Source: Octopus bimaculoides (taxonomy: Eukaryota). Taken from it: a stretch of DNA of 34,668 nucleotides. The notes below the pieces were generated by a model. It saw only the letters and a list, made by a program, of their open reading frames with translations. It did no database searches and was not told where the DNA came from. Positions 33,561-34,668 of this stretch are shown one piece after another; the first letter of the stretch is position 1, and every line of letters starts with the position of its first letter. The DNA lies in contig NC_069006.1 in NCBI RefSeq assembly GCF_001194135.2, forward strand, positions 26,521,166 to 26,555,833. The letters run 5' to 3'. The translations under genes were made by a program, and so were the position numbers.

Positions 33561-34457
33561 AAGTCTGTGTAGGGAATAACTCACTGCTCTCTTCTCCAAT
33601 TTTCATTCCACTTTTCAAAGATGTCCAATACTAAATATTAAATTACATCTTTACACAATCTTTAGATAGCTTGATGTCTGCCAGGCCGTAAGCTGCTGCT
33701 GCTCTCCATGGTTATGCTAGAGAATGTCACTGACCAGATTTGACCTGGAATCTATTTCTGTCAACTGATTGCCAAAATTTATCTTCATACAATCTAATAT
33801 ATCGATTTATTCAGATAAACTCTTTAGATTTCGTAATATTCTGTCTTCAACAACCGCAAAACCTTAAAAGAAATTAGCTAACTTCAGCGAGAATCGAACA
33901 CCGTTCAGAAAGAGCATATTTTTCCCCTTTAATGATGTGGTAAAATGTTACTGCAGCAGTTCCGTTATTTTTTTACAGTGCTGTGGCGATGCATATGTAC
34001 ACATACACGTATATTTGTATATAAGTGTATGAATCTCTCTCTCTCTCTACACGTTATGACGTGCCTTCTTCCATGTAGCGCACCTAGATAGATAGATAGA
34101 TAAAGAGAGAGAGATAGAGACAGAGATCAGGTAATACAACGGTTTGCACCCGTTTCTGCTTATCTGTTCGTTTTCCACACCTATATCTCGTACACTCCTG
34201 TCACACCGAATCTTTTTATATTAAACATTTTCTCGCTATGCAATTCTGCCCCCTCTTCTCTCATCCTTTCACTGTCCTTTTTGCTTTCTTTCTTTCTTTC
34301 TTTCTTTCTGTCAAGTACTTAATAAATTTCCTATTTTCATTTCTTTCTGGAGTTTCACATCAAAGTTATTGTTCACACACACACAAACACATGTATATGT
34401 GTCTCGTTGACTCTCATACATACATACATACACATATATATATATATATATATATAT

Positions 34458-34660
34458 ACTCTTTTGTTTCAGTCATTTGACTGCGGCCATGCTGGAGCAC
34501 CGCCTTTAGTCGAGCAAATCGACCCCAGGACTTATTCTTTGTAAGCCTAGTACTTATTCCATCGGTCTCTTTTTGCCGAACCGCTAAGTTACGGGGACGT
34601 AAATACACCAGCATCGGTTGTCAAGCGATGGTGGGGGGACAAACACAGACACACAAACAT
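34458..34660 (-). mobile_element. SINE family B 3' body, young-looking copy
   Basis: TTTCAGTCATTTGACTGCGGCCATGCTGGAGCACCGCCTTTAGTCGAGCAAATCGACCCCAGGAC...GGACAAACACAGACAC; runs into (CA)-rich sequence at the window edge. Confidence 0.95.
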
Positions 34661-34668
34661 ACATACAC

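Overview
Repeat-dominated animal genomic DNA with eight N-gaps, most flanked by microsatellites. It is most likely an octopus draft scaffold: inferred from the SINE families, whose consensus I recall rather than looked up, and from the dense (CA)n/(TA)n/(TCTA)n tracts. I found no intact protein-coding gene, rRNA, true tRNA gene or CRISPR array; nearly all listed ORFs are microsatellite, N-gap or antisense-repeat artefacts. The window holds decayed mobile elements: several RTE-type LINE remnants, an R4/Dong-like LINE, a Tc1 transposase N-terminus, a hAT end, a Helitron PIF1-like helicase fragment and about 20 SINE pieces. Three things stand out. (1) Two copies of a GG-ended TIR element with perfect 8-bp target-site duplications (Merlin-like MITE) that carries telomere-type TTAGGG repeats; in the ungapped copy they form a (TAACCC)n/(TTAGGG)n hairpin inside nested inverted repeats. 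(2) A probable decayed intronless class A GPCR at about 30500-31383 on the minus strand, invisible in the ORF track. (3) An isolated 73-bp near-perfect hairpin at 24519-24591.
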